Shown: positions 1 through 8,740, counted from the stretch's first letter. The stretch: 24,000 nt of DNA from Bacillus bruguierae (GCF_037104725.1 NZ_JBAWSX010000014.1:1-24000); one strand, 5' to 3'. Notes: generated by a model from the sequence alone, not told the origin. Made by a program: numbers and translations.

Positions 1-4
1 CCTC

Positions 5-268
5 CTAATGCACTAATCCTAATAGTGTATTTATTACGTCATCTTTTTGCATTGATTTTTCAATTATAATTTTCCATACTTGTTCATCTGATTCATAAAT
101 TCCTTTATTAATGTATGAATCTTTTATCTTATTAAACATACTCTCAGCTGTTATTCCAATTAGATTACAGTATTTTTTAATATTTCTTTCCTCTAAACAA
201 GCTATCCCCCAGCAGTCATATCTCCCCTTACTACAATTTTTTGCTGTAATGATTTTTATAATTTGCAA
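5..268 (-). CDS. Small ORF (87 aa, TTG start), probably the remnant of a toxin C-terminal tip
   Basis: Its TAG stop overlaps an AGGAGG. In the duplicate copy that AGGAGG is the RBS of the 149-aa gene 12097-12546 (typical toxin-immunity coupling). No convincing RBS or ATG of its own. The duplicate copy carries a nonsense codon. Confidence 0.3.
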   Translation of the reverse strand: MQIIKIITAKNCSKGRYDCWGIACLEERNIKKYCNLIGITAESMFNKIKDSYINKGIYESDEQVWKIIIEKSMQKDDVINTLLGLVH

Positions 269-270
269 GA

Positions 271-305
271 AAAAAGCACTTCTAGATTTATTCAGAAGTG
301 CTTTT
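271..305 (-). terminator. Rho-independent terminator after gene 314-712
   Basis: Stem AGCACTTCT/AGAAGTGCT extended by A/T pairs, followed on the minus strand by a T-run. Lies 9 nt past the stop codon. Duplicated at 12826-12860. Confidence 0.7.
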
Positions 306-313
306 ACTATTAC

Positions 314-712
314 TTATTTAATATTATATTGCTCTTTAATTTTCATCAACAACTCTTCAATAATCTCTTTCTTTTCAGGATTTTTTCCTATATAAAATTC
401 ACATGCTGTTTGCAGGTATTCACATAATTCTTCGTGGGTCACGATGTCTTCCCATTCTTCGTCTATACCGTAATAGAATAATACTTTATTTTCTCCGAAA
501 TACTCTTCATCACTTTGATCAAATTCATCTGAATATACTACGCCAATGGTATCTCGTCTTTCAACATCCTCTTTAAGAAATCCTTTTAAAATGTCTACAA
601 AATCATAATTAAACACAAACTGTCCTAATACAATAACGGTATAATTCTTTTTTAAGTTCTTTTGTTCAAAAATATCATAAAACTTTTCAAACTCTTCTTT
701 TCTATTTTGCAT
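314..712 (-). CDS. Toxin-less (orphan) immunity-type protein, 132 aa; paralog of 12869-13255
   Basis: RBS AGGAAGTGAGAG before the ATG; small acidic protein. The C-terminal 30 aa (ACEFYIGKNPEKKEI.EELLMKIKEQYNIK) are shared with the 128-aa paralog. The overall pattern (EEYFG.NKVLFY ... Y.YL ... PE.K.E..LL..IKE) resembles 6939-7328, the gene coupled to the EndoU tip. Confidence 0.7.
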   Translation of the reverse strand: MQNRKEEFEKFYDIFEQKNLKKNYTVIVLGQFVFNYDFVDILKGFLKEDVERRDTIGVVYSDEFDQSDEEYFGENKVLFYYGIDEEWEDIVTHEELCEYLQTACEFYIGKNPEKKEIIEELLMKIKEQYNIK

Positions 713-810
713 TTTCTCTCACTTCCTAACTACTTATTGCCAAATTCAAAAACAGTTCAAAAATGGCACATTCTAGAGGACTATGCAATCTTGATATTAA
801 CTTATAAGGA

Positions 811-832
811 AACCTTGACCGAAGTCAAGGTT
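811..832 (-). terminator. Hairpin downstream of gene 853-1308 (weak terminator candidate)
   Basis: 9-bp stem AACCTTGAC/GTCAAGGTT with a 4-nt loop. The minus-strand 3' tail is TTTCCTT, only a weak T-run. Confidence 0.4.
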
Positions 833-852
833 GAAGACGTACAATCTTAGGT

Positions 853-1308
853 CTATTTATAATACTTGATACACCTTTCTTGAAAAGGGATTCTATCATC
901 GTGCAGCACTTCTTCTTGCAGCAATTTTGTTATATTCTCTACTTTTCCAATGAATAGTGCGAAGAAGTCGCCCGAATTTGGATATGCAAATAGTCCATAC
1001 CCCTTTGGTGACAGTATTTTGTTGACCTCCTTGATCTTTTCAGGTAAAAATTCATAATGAAATGCTTCTAATTTCTCGAGTTCTTCTTGTGTTGCTAATT
1101 CAATTTGGTGGGCAAATTCGTAATCAAGAATAAAATTGACAATTTCTTGATATTCCTCACCTTTATAGTCAACGTATAAAAACTGTTTCGTCGTCAATCC
1201 ATATTTTAATAGGTCTTCATGTAAGTCATAACTTCCTTGCTCTTTCAAAAACGTTTCCAAATCCTTGCTATCAGGAAATATAATCTGTGCTATCCCTTTA
1301 TCCGGCAT
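853..1308 (-). CDS. Hypothetical acidic 151-aa protein, second gene of an immunity-type pair
   Basis: Start moved to the ATG at 1308 (MPDKGIAQ...), preceded by GGGAGGAAG. The longer track ORF (to 1392) would overlap the upstream gene, whose stop is at 1325. No family recognised. Confidence 0.7.
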   Translation of the reverse strand: MPDKGIAQIIFPDSKDLETFLKEQGSYDLHEDLLKYGLTTKQFLYVDYKGEEYQEIVNFILDYEFAHQIELATQEELEKLEAFHYEFLPEKIKEVNKILSPKGYGLFAYPNSGDFFALFIGKVENITKLLQEEVLHDDRIPFQERCIKYYK

Positions 1309-1324
1309 ATTAGCTTCCTCCCTT

Positions 1325-2299
1325 TTATTGAAATAATTCTCCATGCTTGTTAGGAATATATTCTGGGTAGTTTTTACGATAAAATTGATCAATCATCTGA
1401 AGCACGGGATCCCATTCAGGGTATGGCTCACGTTCTGCAAATACCATTTTCGCTTCTGGAGTATTCATCAGAAAATTATCGAATTGAGTAGGTACTGGCA
1501 ACCCTAGTTGTTTCCTTACATGGATCAAGAATAAGATTTCAAAAGGATAAAATCCGTATCCGAAATCACCAAATTCACCGAACTGTCCGATTTCAGAAGC
1601 TAATGCAGAATGATACTGAGACATTATCGAAATTAGATGTTCTATTTCTTCTAAATCACCAGTCGACCAACGTTCCAGCACTTCATCATAAATGTTCAGG
1701 TCTTCAGGGATTAAGTCGCATCGCAGTTCAGCTTCCTTAAACTTATTTATCACAGTTAGATGCAATTTTTCATTCGTTCCCATGATGGTTTTATTTCTAT
1801 ACTGCAAGTACAACTCTAGCAAAAACCAAATATGTCTATCTTCTTCATTGGCATCTATTAAATGTCCACCGAAGTGATGAGTCATAAAATCATATAATAT
1901 ATTTTCTTCCTTCTCCCATCCATACATTGCAAAATGAACTAATGTGAAGACGACTTCGCTAAACAAATATTCCAAGAACATCCCTGGATACTTGCTTGTA
2001 TAGAGATCCTGTCCCATGCACTGGTAAAATAAAACCTTCTGCATGTTCTTTAATCCTTCTACATTGTTTCCACCGCTGATCAATACATCATTTTTCCATA
2101 GTGACAAGTAATATGAAGAAATTTGGTTTAGATTTATTAATAGTATGTGATCCTTCTCTGTTTCATTTTGCTCAACGATTTTCTCGTTCTCTTTTCTACT
2201 AACATTATATTTATCTTTCACATCTTCAAATTTGATTCCATCCACAAAATTTTTGCTATATCTTTTAAAAGCCATTTCTAACTTTTTTTGGTTTATCAT
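1325..2299 (-). CDS. 324-aa protein, putative immunity protein (possibly PoNi/DUF1911-like; weak recall)
   Basis: RBS GGGAGGA before the ATG. Sits directly downstream of a degraded toxin remnant. The helical, aromatic-rich C-terminal half (FYPFEILFLIHVRKQLGLP) is reminiscent of DUF1911-type immunity proteins. The family call is not verifiable by eye. Confidence 0.75.
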   Translation of the reverse strand: MINQKKLEMAFKRYSKNFVDGIKFEDVKDKYNVSRKENEKIVEQNETEKDHILLINLNQISSYYLSLWKNDVLISGGNNVEGLKNMQKVLFYQCMGQDLYTSKYPGMFLEYLFSEVVFTLVHFAMYGWEKEENILYDFMTHHFGGHLIDANEEDRHIWFLLELYLQYRNKTIMGTNEKLHLTVINKFKEAELRCDLIPEDLNIYDEVLERWSTGDLEEIEHLISIMSQYHSALASEIGQFGEFGDFGYGFYPFEILFLIHVRKQLGLPVPTQFDNFLMNTPEAKMVFAEREPYPEWDPVLQMIDQFYRKNYPEYIPNKHGELFQ

Positions 2300-2342
2300 T
2301 GCATCCTCCCTATGAATTAATCTATTTCCTTATTCCAGTTCT

Positions 2343-2733
2343 TTACCTGTAACTCATCAACACCGAATCCAATATCAGTGATCTTGATATCTGTTTCAAC
2401 TCTATTGAACTACCCCCACCTACCGTTGCGCGCTTGAGGTAGGGGTCTTCTCGCCAGATATGATAAAATCCAATTGTAGACCAGGACTCTCCTCCATCAG
2501 GTGGATCCATATTAAACACCTATTTATGGGTTATTTTACCACATTTTTGATTAGAACGGTGAATGTTCCCCCTTAATCTCATCATCCATAATCTTACCTC
2601 TCTCTAGATGATACTTATTGATAGTAACCCTTTCTTTGATTCGCTATCATCGTACCGCCTCTAGCTAGTTCAAAACCTTTGAATGCAGCTGCTATATTCC
2701 AGATTTTTATCTTTAAGCCGATCTGTTTTACAT
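2343..2733 (-). pseudogene. Degraded orphan toxin gene (TG-junction remnant plus broken tip)
   Basis: The minus-strand reading gives L-C-K-T-D-R-L-K-D, homologous at nucleotide level to the F-K-T-G-Q-L-K-D junction at 16541-16565. Short ORFs in shifting frames follow (e.g. MDPPDGGESWSTIGFYHIWREDPYLK, 2343-2510). Locally GC-richer than the surroundings. Confidence 0.45.
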
Positions 2734-3030
2734 AAACTAACTATCAGCTTGCTTATACGAATCTTTTATTTAAAATATCGGTTAAACAAATAATTTTCTT
2801 CTAAAACAAAAAAGGGCTGTTCCATAAGCAAGTAAAACCAACTTATGGAACACCCTTTTATTTTAACTATCTATTAATCATGTAATTTGTTTAAAAACTC
2901 AGTGAAGTTACTTGCCACGTAAAATACATTTTCTCTTGCTACTTCCTCTGCTTCTTCTGCTGTAATCCCTTCACTTTCCATCAGTGCTTCTTTTTCCCAT
3001 GCACCCTCATGTTCCCAAAAAACCACTATC
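2709..3030. repeat. Junction module copy 1 (partner 16541-16862)
   Basis: Near-identical stretch: TG-remnant codons, a ~80-nt spacer, the terminator hairpin and the last ~50 codons of the SUKH-1 gene. Similarity drops further into the gene. Confidence 0.85.
2814..2855 (-). terminator. Strong bidirectional-type terminator after the SUKH-1 gene
   Basis: GGGCTGTTCCATAAG ... CTTATGGAACA(-)CCC, A-run before and T-run after. This copy lacks one G in the right arm. Three copies in the window. Confidence 0.8.
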
Positions 3031-3362
3031 GGTTGGTCCCTACGACCTCTAAAATCAAAACAAATTAAGTTTCCTGCGGGATCAAATCCAATTGGAAATA
3101 ACTTACTAGGCAAGGTATCTTTATAGTCATCATAAGTTTCAAGTATAAACTCTTCACTCTCAGGATTAAAAGATAATAGTGAACCAAAAACTCTTTCAAT
3201 ACCTTCAACATCAAAAAGCATTGGTTCAACATGTCCTCCATTATTTATCGCAACACATTCTATATAGTCCATCGGAAAATCAAAACCAGTACCTTTTAAA
3301 GTTTCTTTGACATCATCTGTACTAATTTTATTATATGTATACTTCCATACTAAATTACTCAT
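2874..3362 (-). CDS. SUKH-1 (SMI1/KNR4) family immunity protein, 162 aa
   Basis: Motifs 'FPMDYIECVAINNGG', 'LLSF', 'FDPAGNLICFD' and 'VVFWEHE' are typical of SMI1/KNR4. Its ATG overlaps the stop of the WHH fragment (ATGA) with GGGGGGAG as RBS. Paralog at 16706-17194. Confidence 0.9.
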   Translation of the reverse strand: MSNLVWKYTYNKISTDDVKETLKGTGFDFPMDYIECVAINNGGHVEPMLFDVEGIERVFGSLLSFNPESEEFILETYDDYKDTLPSKLFPIGFDPAGNLICFDFRGRRDQPIVVFWEHEGAWEKEALMESEGITAEEAEEVARENVFYVASNFTEFLNKLHD

Positions 3363-3622
3363 CTAATATCTCCCCCCCATAATTTGTTTCCACCAAAATG
3401 ATTTACACCGTGAGTATCAAATATTACTAACTGTATTTCCCCAGATATTTGATGATGATGCCAAGTTAAATCCGATATACGTGGCAATCCTATTTTTATT
3501 TCTTTTAACTGTTTTGGAGTAAATATTTCTTTTAGAATCTCTCCCTTCTCTATAGCCTTCTTTAACATTTGAGTACACTCTTTAAACTGTATATCATCTG
3601 GCTTAATATATAAACTTTGTAA
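3359..3622 (-). pseudogene. 5'-truncated HNH/EndoVII-type 'WHH' nuclease toxin tip
   Basis: Contains 'DLTWHHHQISGEIQLV...HGVNHFGGNKLWG' (WHH signature). The open frame runs up to an in-frame TAG at 3623-3625, with no upstream secretion domain and no RBS. Confidence 0.6.
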
Positions 3623-3916
3623 CTACTCAGCCATACACTTCATTTAGAAGTTTTGTAAGGGGTATGATTCCAGCAAAAACACGCTTACCCATAATTACTG
3701 CCACGAAGATAAAAATGGGCCTACACCTCGCTGCCTTTCTTTGTTTTCAAACTTTGCACGTGGCGGAAATAGGCCCTGACCACTACTATACATAGCCAGT
3801 CCCTCCCTGGCCATTTAAAAAAATGCTTTTCTATCGTTTTTTCATAAAGTGACTGAGTAGTTACTTAATAAATATACTTAGATGTAATGAGTATACCTAG
3901 CCATTAAATTAGGTTT

Positions 3917-4312
3917 CTAATCTTCATAAATTACCGAACCCATATACCTAAGGTTCCTACCATCAAGTTTTGCTTCCTCAACAAGTTCTTCATATTCAAA
4001 ATCATATAACCTAATGACAATATTGTATTGTTCTTCTAAATTTTCACCATAAAAGTCTTCAAGTTCACTTATAATTGATTCAGAATACGAAGCATTCTTT
4101 AGTAATTCAGACAAAGAAGATGTAGAATATTCATTATAGGTACATTCTAATAAGTCTTGGTTGTACTCAATGAAATCTACTTGAAAATCATTCATAAAAC
4201 TCGAAGGAATCCTGTCTCCCTCATTATCATATTTTATTGCTACATACTTGCTTAACAAATTCTCATTACTACAATTTCCGAACCAAAGAGAAACAGCTCC
4301 TGGGTTTTCCAT
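3917..4312 (-). CDS. Immunity protein, Imm22-like, 131 aa
   Basis: RBS AAGGAGGA. N-terminal 'GAVSLWFGNCSNENLLSKYV' and acidic C-terminal 'YNIVIRLYDFEY' resemble the Imm22 pattern as recalled. Directly follows the GH-E-type toxin remnant. Confidence 0.7.
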   Translation of the reverse strand: MENPGAVSLWFGNCSNENLLSKYVAIKYDNEGDRIPSSFMNDFQVDFIEYNQDLLECTYNEYSTSSLSELLKNASYSESIISELEDFYGENLEEQYNIVIRLYDFEYEELVEEAKLDGRNLRYMGSVIYED

Positions 4313-4335
4313 ATTAATCCTCCTTTTCTAATTAT

Positions 4336-5059
4336 CTAAGTCCTTCTGGTAATGCATCGACCCCACCGCTTAAAAATTGGCGCCCGTGATACTAAATGCC
4401 ATTCATGGTACCCACCGGGATAACAAATCCTACTCGCAATGATAGTCCTTAATTTTGGAGTAGTCCAAGCCAGTTCAAATTCATCTACGCTCAATTCATT
4501 AAACCATTTTGCAAAGTCTTTACTTCCGGGCATAGTCTCTGGGAGTAAAGGTTCTGGTCCTAGATGTTTCTTTAACAAAATTGTCTCTTACAAGTTTATT
4601 TAATTGCGCATTTGATAATCTTTTTTTCTTCTGTTTCTTACTAGCAGAAGGTTTTTTTCTTATGCCGGGGTTCCGTTCTACTTGCTTTAGGTCTTACTGG
4701 CTTCGAGATGCTAGTATTATCCGTACCCTTAGTGCACTTATAAAATTATAACGCTCGTTTCACTTTTCATGCTTAAACAAAAAAGCACTCGTCGCCTATT
4801 GTAGACAATGAAGTGAACCCGCCATCTCATACCTTTTTCCTGGAATCCACTTATACTCCATAAGAGTTTTAATCGCAGCTTGTACCTTCTTGTCTGCTTC
4901 TATGAATGCTGTTTTTACAACTGTTTTCCCTCTTTGCAGTGCATCCCCCAGTTTTTGGGCAAAGGATTTTGCTTTTGAGGCAATCATTGTGACGCCTTCT
5001 GCAATTGGCTTGGTTGCCTTGATAACAGATTTATTGACTTGTATAAAGTTTTCTATTTT
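4336..5059 (-). pseudogene. Frameshifted orphan toxin gene ending in a GH-E/HNH-like nuclease tip
   Basis: Three collinear frame segments: KIENFIQ...MIASKAKSF...(4796-5059); GTDNTSISKPVRPK/PSASKKQKKKRLSNAQLNKLV; then LKKHLGPEP...YPGGYHEWHLVS (4336-4578). Frame changes fall next to A7 runs. The 'GGxHEW' motif suggests the GH-E branch of HNH/EndoVII. Confidence 0.55.
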
Positions 5060-5120
5060 CTACCCTACAGCAGTCTATGTATCTGTTTTTGAATTCCCCA
5101 ATAGCACAAAAATATAAAAA

Positions 5121-5142
5121 AGAACTGGAGTTTCACCAGTTC
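5121..5142 (-). terminator. Terminator immediately after gene 5143-5829
   Basis: Stem AGAACTGG/CCAGTTCT with a 6-nt loop, followed on the minus strand by TTTTTT. Abuts the stop codon. Confidence 0.7.
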
Positions 5143-5829
5143 TCAGTTGCTTTCAAGCAGCTTATGAATACGTAATTCTAGGTCTTGTTTCTCTTTTAAC
5201 AAAAGCTGTTCCTCTGTTTCATTGACATTAAATTGAGACAACTCTTTTATAACACCTTTTGGGATTATAAGGTTTTGTTTTACTAAATACTCTCCTAATG
5301 TTGTATATATAGCCATCTTTTCACTAAGTGTATTTTTGCAATCTCTTTTAAAGCGTTCTAACACATTACTTACAATAGCTTCTGATGATTGCTCACTTTT
5401 AACACTAATTGTAAGGTATTGATACACTTCATTTACTATTTCTTCATAATACCATCTTGCTCTTGGACAATAATCTACTGGAATTTTTTCAAGTCTTTCT
5501 AACGCCTTTTCTCGACGAATAATTAACTCTTCAAGTTGATTTTTAGTTATTTGTTTTTTTTCAATTTGTTTCTCGATTTTTTGAAAATCAATAGATTTTA
5601 ATTCTTTTATCCTATTTTCTTTTGCTATTATAAAAATTCTTGCCTTTTCCGACACTGTTTCTACATACAATACATTTATTAATGCCTTTTCCATTTCATC
5701 TTCAATGTTTGGGCTGTAATACTCATCAAAAGTTCTTGCCAATGCTTCACTATTACTCATATTATCTTGTCGTTTATATTCTAAAAAATCCTCATTAAAC
5801 GCTTCAATGCACTCTTGATACTCCCACAT
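5143..5829 (-). CDS. Helical immunity protein (about 228 aa) for the adjacent deaminase-like tip; internally duplicated
   Basis: Start chosen at the ATG at 5829 (MWEYQE), 6 nt after AAGAGGTG. The N-terminal half (SNSEALARTFDEYY...) and C-terminal half (QSSEAIVSNVLERF...KMAIYTTLGEYLV) both resemble the 116-aa protein at 13442-13792. Confidence 0.8.
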   Translation of the reverse strand: MWEYQECIEAFNEDFLEYKRQDNMSNSEALARTFDEYYSPNIEDEMEKALINVLYVETVSEKARIFIIAKENRIKELKSIDFQKIEKQIEKKQITKNQLEELIIRREKALERLEKIPVDYCPRARWYYEEIVNEVYQYLTISVKSEQSSEAIVSNVLERFKRDCKNTLSEKMAIYTTLGEYLVKQNLIIPKGVIKELSQFNVNETEEQLLLKEKQDLELRIHKLLESN

Positions 5830-5843
5830 TAAACTCACCTCTT

Positions 5844-6617
5844 TTATTTTTTAGGGGGAATTGGTTTTCCATCATTATGAATCACTTCAATTTCAATATC
5901 TGGATAATCCTTTTTAAATTGACTGATAATACTATTACAACTATCACAAGTATCTTTCTCAGTAAATAATTTTATTTTACCCTTTGCATCATGATTACCC
6001 CCTAACCGTGATGCTACATCATTTATAATCTTATACTCAGAATCTTGATCCCTTAAATAACTTACTCCATCTGCATTCTTCGCCTCTTGTGCTTCATACT
6101 TTGGGGTTTTAGGCTTTGGTGAAAATCCTTCTAAGTTCGGATTTTCACCAGCATCCTTAACTTGACTATGGGCATAAAATTCATTTTTATTTATCCCTTC
6201 AATATTTACCTCAGCGTATCCCATATTTGATCCTGATTTGTTCAGAACTCTATTTGATAGAGTTCCTTTAATCTCTGAAACTCTATTAAGAATATCAGCA
6301 TCTTTACTTGAATCAATTGATCTAGTTGGGAATCGAGAAGTCTCTCTACCACCACTCTCTTCCAACTTCGAAATCCGACTATGAATAGCCTCTTTCCTAT
6401 TTTCAAAAGTCGCTTTCACTGAACCTCTCAAGTTCGTTCCACGAAGAACTGTGTTGGCCCCACCGGCGGCGGCATCAGCAGCGTGAGCGTAGGCTAAGGA
6501 ATTATCTAGGGATTTACCAAATAATGCCCTTCTCGCCACATTAATTCCACCTGCTACACCATTTATCACCTTGATCCATTTTAAAAACATCGGAACATTG
6601 CGGCAGGAGTGGCACAA
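5844..6617 (-). CDS. Orphan deaminase-like toxin tip (paralog A), 5'-truncated by an IS3 remnant
   Basis: C-terminal '[18 protein letters not shown]...[15 protein letters not shown]...[18 protein letters not shown]' (DxE ... CxxC spacing like a deaminase core). The first ~10 codons (TTG start, [11 protein letters not shown]) are antisense to IS3-derived sequence, so there is no native start. Confidence 0.7.
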   Translation of the reverse strand: MCHSCRNVPMFLKWIKVINGVAGGINVARRALFGKSLDNSLAYAHAADAAAGGANTVLRGTNLRGSVKATFENRKEAIHSRISKLEESGGRETSRFPTRSIDSSKDADILNRVSEIKGTLSNRVLNKSGSNMGYAEVNIEGINKNEFYAHSQVKDAGENPNLEGFSPKPKTPKYEAQEAKNADGVSYLRDQDSEYKIINDVASRLGGNHDAKGKIKLFTEKDTCDSCNSIISQFKKDYPDIEIEVIHNDGKPIPPKK

Positions 6618-6918
6618 TCAAATGAAGAAATACCAAAATGTATTGAAAGAAAAAGGAATTACACAAAGTATGTCCCGTAAGGGGAATTATTTAGATAACG
6701 CAGTCATCGAAAATTTCTTTGGCTTATTAAAATGCTCCCTACTTTACTTACAAGAGTTCAAAAGTATGGAGCATTTTACATTAGAATTAGAAAAATATAT
6801 TCACTACTACAATAATGACCGAATTAAAACAAAATTAAAAGGAATGAGCCCTGTACAATACAGAACGCATTCCTCATTAACCGCTTAAAATATGTGTCTA
6901 ACTTTTTGGGTTCACTTC
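6600..6918 (+). mobile_element. IS3-family (IS150-like) transposase 3' fragment with right end
   Basis: '[29 protein letters not shown]...[23 protein letters not shown]' is the conserved OrfB C-terminus of the IS3 family. No N-terminal part and no left end. The terminal '...TTTTTGGGTTCA' is consistent with an IS3-type IR. Confidence 0.85.
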
Positions 6919-6938
6919 ATCTAGCAAAATAGGCTATT

Positions 6939-7328
6939 TTATAAACCTAAACCTTCTTTTACTTCTAATAACAATTTGTTTAACTCAGACTTTTCTTCTG
7001 GATTATCCTCTATGATTGACAAGACCCTTTTCTCCAAATAATCATATAATTCTTTAAAATTTAAGTAGGCTTGAGTATCTCTATCAGCAGAAGGATAGTC
7101 CATTTCTAATATAATATGAGAATCATCTATAGGCTTCGAAAGATGCGCTAAATCAAAATCGTCAAAATCATATTTAAAAAGAATCGCCACAAATTCTTCT
7201 CCATATCCTCTTTTTTGTGAAAAACATTTTAAAGCCTTTTTAAACTGTTCACCATTTACTACTAAAAAATACGTCAACATCAATTTATCAATTGTTGATT
7301 TATCGCTAACAATAGTATATTCACCCAT
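6939..7328 (-). CDS. Immunity protein (129 aa) coupled to the EndoU tip; CdiI-like
   Basis: Start moved to the ATG at 7328 (MGEYTIV), preceded by AGGAGGA. Lies 25 nt after the EndoU stop. C-terminal pattern 'LYDYLEKRVLSIIEDNPEEKSELNKLLLEVKE' parallels the 132/128-aa paralogs. Confidence 0.8.
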   Translation of the reverse strand: MGEYTIVSDKSTIDKLMLTYFLVVNGEQFKKALKCFSQKRGYGEEFVAILFKYDFDDFDLAHLSKPIDDSHIILEMDYPSADRDTQAYLNFKELYDYLEKRVLSIIEDNPEEKSELNKLLLEVKEGLGL

Positions 7329-7353
7329 TATTATCCTCCTAAAAATTGTAAAG

Positions 7354-7743
7354 TTAGTCCAGCATTGGATAAAAGTTTGTAATATTCCCTTCTGAATCAA
7401 GAAAACCTTTGAACTTCAAACCATTAGAAAATGTGCCTATCACAGTCCTTCCGTCTGCTTGGATTGTTCCATTTTGCATTGCATTTTTTCCCCACTCAAA
7501 CATTTGTGTATCCGAAACTATATTTGGATCGTATACTGTCTTCGGAGTAGATATATCTTTATATGTGATAGGTTTAGCAATATTTCCTGCCATATCTTTA
7601 CGTGGTATCCTATATTCAATTTCATACACACCCTTAATTGTGAGATGAGGTTTTTGTGTTATTATCAAATCTTCAAAGCTCACGCCTTGAGTAGATAATG
7701 ATTTTCTAAATTCATCTAAATTATGTCCTCCACTTACCCCTCT
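7354..7743 (-). pseudogene. 5'-truncated bacterial EndoU-type RNase toxin tip
   Basis: The open frame starts right after a TAA: 'RGVSGGHNLDEF...' then '...PKTVYDPNIVSDTQMFEWGKNAM...GRTVIGTFSNGLKFKGFLDSEGNITNFYP'. This matches the GGH motif and C-terminal signature of bacterial EndoU domains. No ATG/RBS and no upstream domain. Confidence 0.6.
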
Positions 7744-8471
7744 TTATGTATTTATTTTTTCAACATTTTTCAAATGATTAATGCGGAAGTTACTTCTTAT
7801 GAAGAAGAAACAAGAATTGAGTGAATATAAAGCTATTTATATGATTAAAAATTATTTTTTTCTTCTGTTCCAAACTATACAAAAAGACACCCAAGAATTA
7901 TCAAAGATTCTCCTTCATCTGTTTAACCTCCTACAGCGCAACGGACGAAAATCTCATCGATACGAGAAAAAAACAGTCTTTGATATATTAGGTGTCATTT
8001 ATAATTGTACCATATCTGAAGATCTAGCTGCTTAATTGAAAAAAGACAAAACCCATTAGGGTTTATTTCGTATGCGAATTTTTAAATAATCTACACTAAT
8101 CCCTTATAAAAAAAACCTCTGGAAAATTCCTAATGAATTCTTAGCTTGATAGCGATGTGCTCTCAGCCTAATTCAATGTAAAAAAATATCGACACTATTG
8201 TAGTATCGATATTTCAGTTACAATGATATTTTCTTTTACTTTAGGTAGAAAGGGGGCATAGGTAGTAAAGATTTTAGAAAGTATTTTTAGTTTCATCAAC
8301 TAGAAATTACTTTTTAATTTTATCTGCCACTCTTCCCCCTTTACCCCCTATTCACTGCATTATTTAAGTTATGCAGTACTAAATTTTCTTACTATTATTG
8401 ATTTAACTGTATTCTGCTATTACTATTTTTTATGAAGTTACTTAATTCTCTATTTTGCATTAAGTAACAAA

Positions 8472-8722
8472 CTATTTTAATTTCTCTAATATATTCTTTA
8501 CTTTATCTCTAATTTCATTTTCACTACAGTACATATTAGGAATCTTTAGTTCTTCTTCATCATCCGAAAATCTTCCAATCATTTCACATAACTTACCGAA
8601 TTCATAATTTTCATCAGGGCTTGTGTAAAGAGTTCTTCTCACCAGATAAATCTAGCAATCCCTTAACAAGATATTCTATTTCATTGATATTACTGTACAA
8701 GAGAATATCCTGAAAATCCCAT
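8472..8722 (-). pseudogene. Frameshifted small acidic gene (immunity-like remnant)
   Basis: ATG at 8722 just after the upstream stop. 'WDFQDILLYSNINEIEYLVKGLLDLSGEKNSLHK' and 'PDENYEFGKLCEMIGRFSDDEEELKIP...NILEKLK*' lie in different frames. Confidence 0.3.
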
Positions 8723-8740
8723 AAATTTATTTACCTGCCC

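Larger units (their letters stand above)
1..408. repeat. Copy 1 of a ~408-bp near-identical direct repeat (partner 12555-12963); may extend beyond the left window edge
   Basis: Base-by-base comparison by eye: the first ~215 nt are identical, then about 8 substitutions and one 1-nt indel. Covers the small ORF, a terminator hairpin and the 3' end of the immunity paralog. Confidence 0.9.

Noticed and set aside
3619-3864. 12-bp inverted repeat GTAACTACTCAG/CTGAGTAGTTAC bracketing ~245 bp just upstream of the WHH fragment (MITE-like?)
   Set aside because: A single 12-bp match within 250 bp is about what chance allows in 24 kb of AT-rich sequence. There is no target duplication and no second copy in the window. 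The interior reads like decayed toxin coding sequence.
7781-8035. 84-aa plus-strand ORF in the otherwise empty 7744-8460 region
   Set aside because: No RBS, a Lys/Leu-rich low-complexity sequence, and no recognisable motif. The minus strand here gives only short broken frames. Treated as non-coding or decayed DNA.
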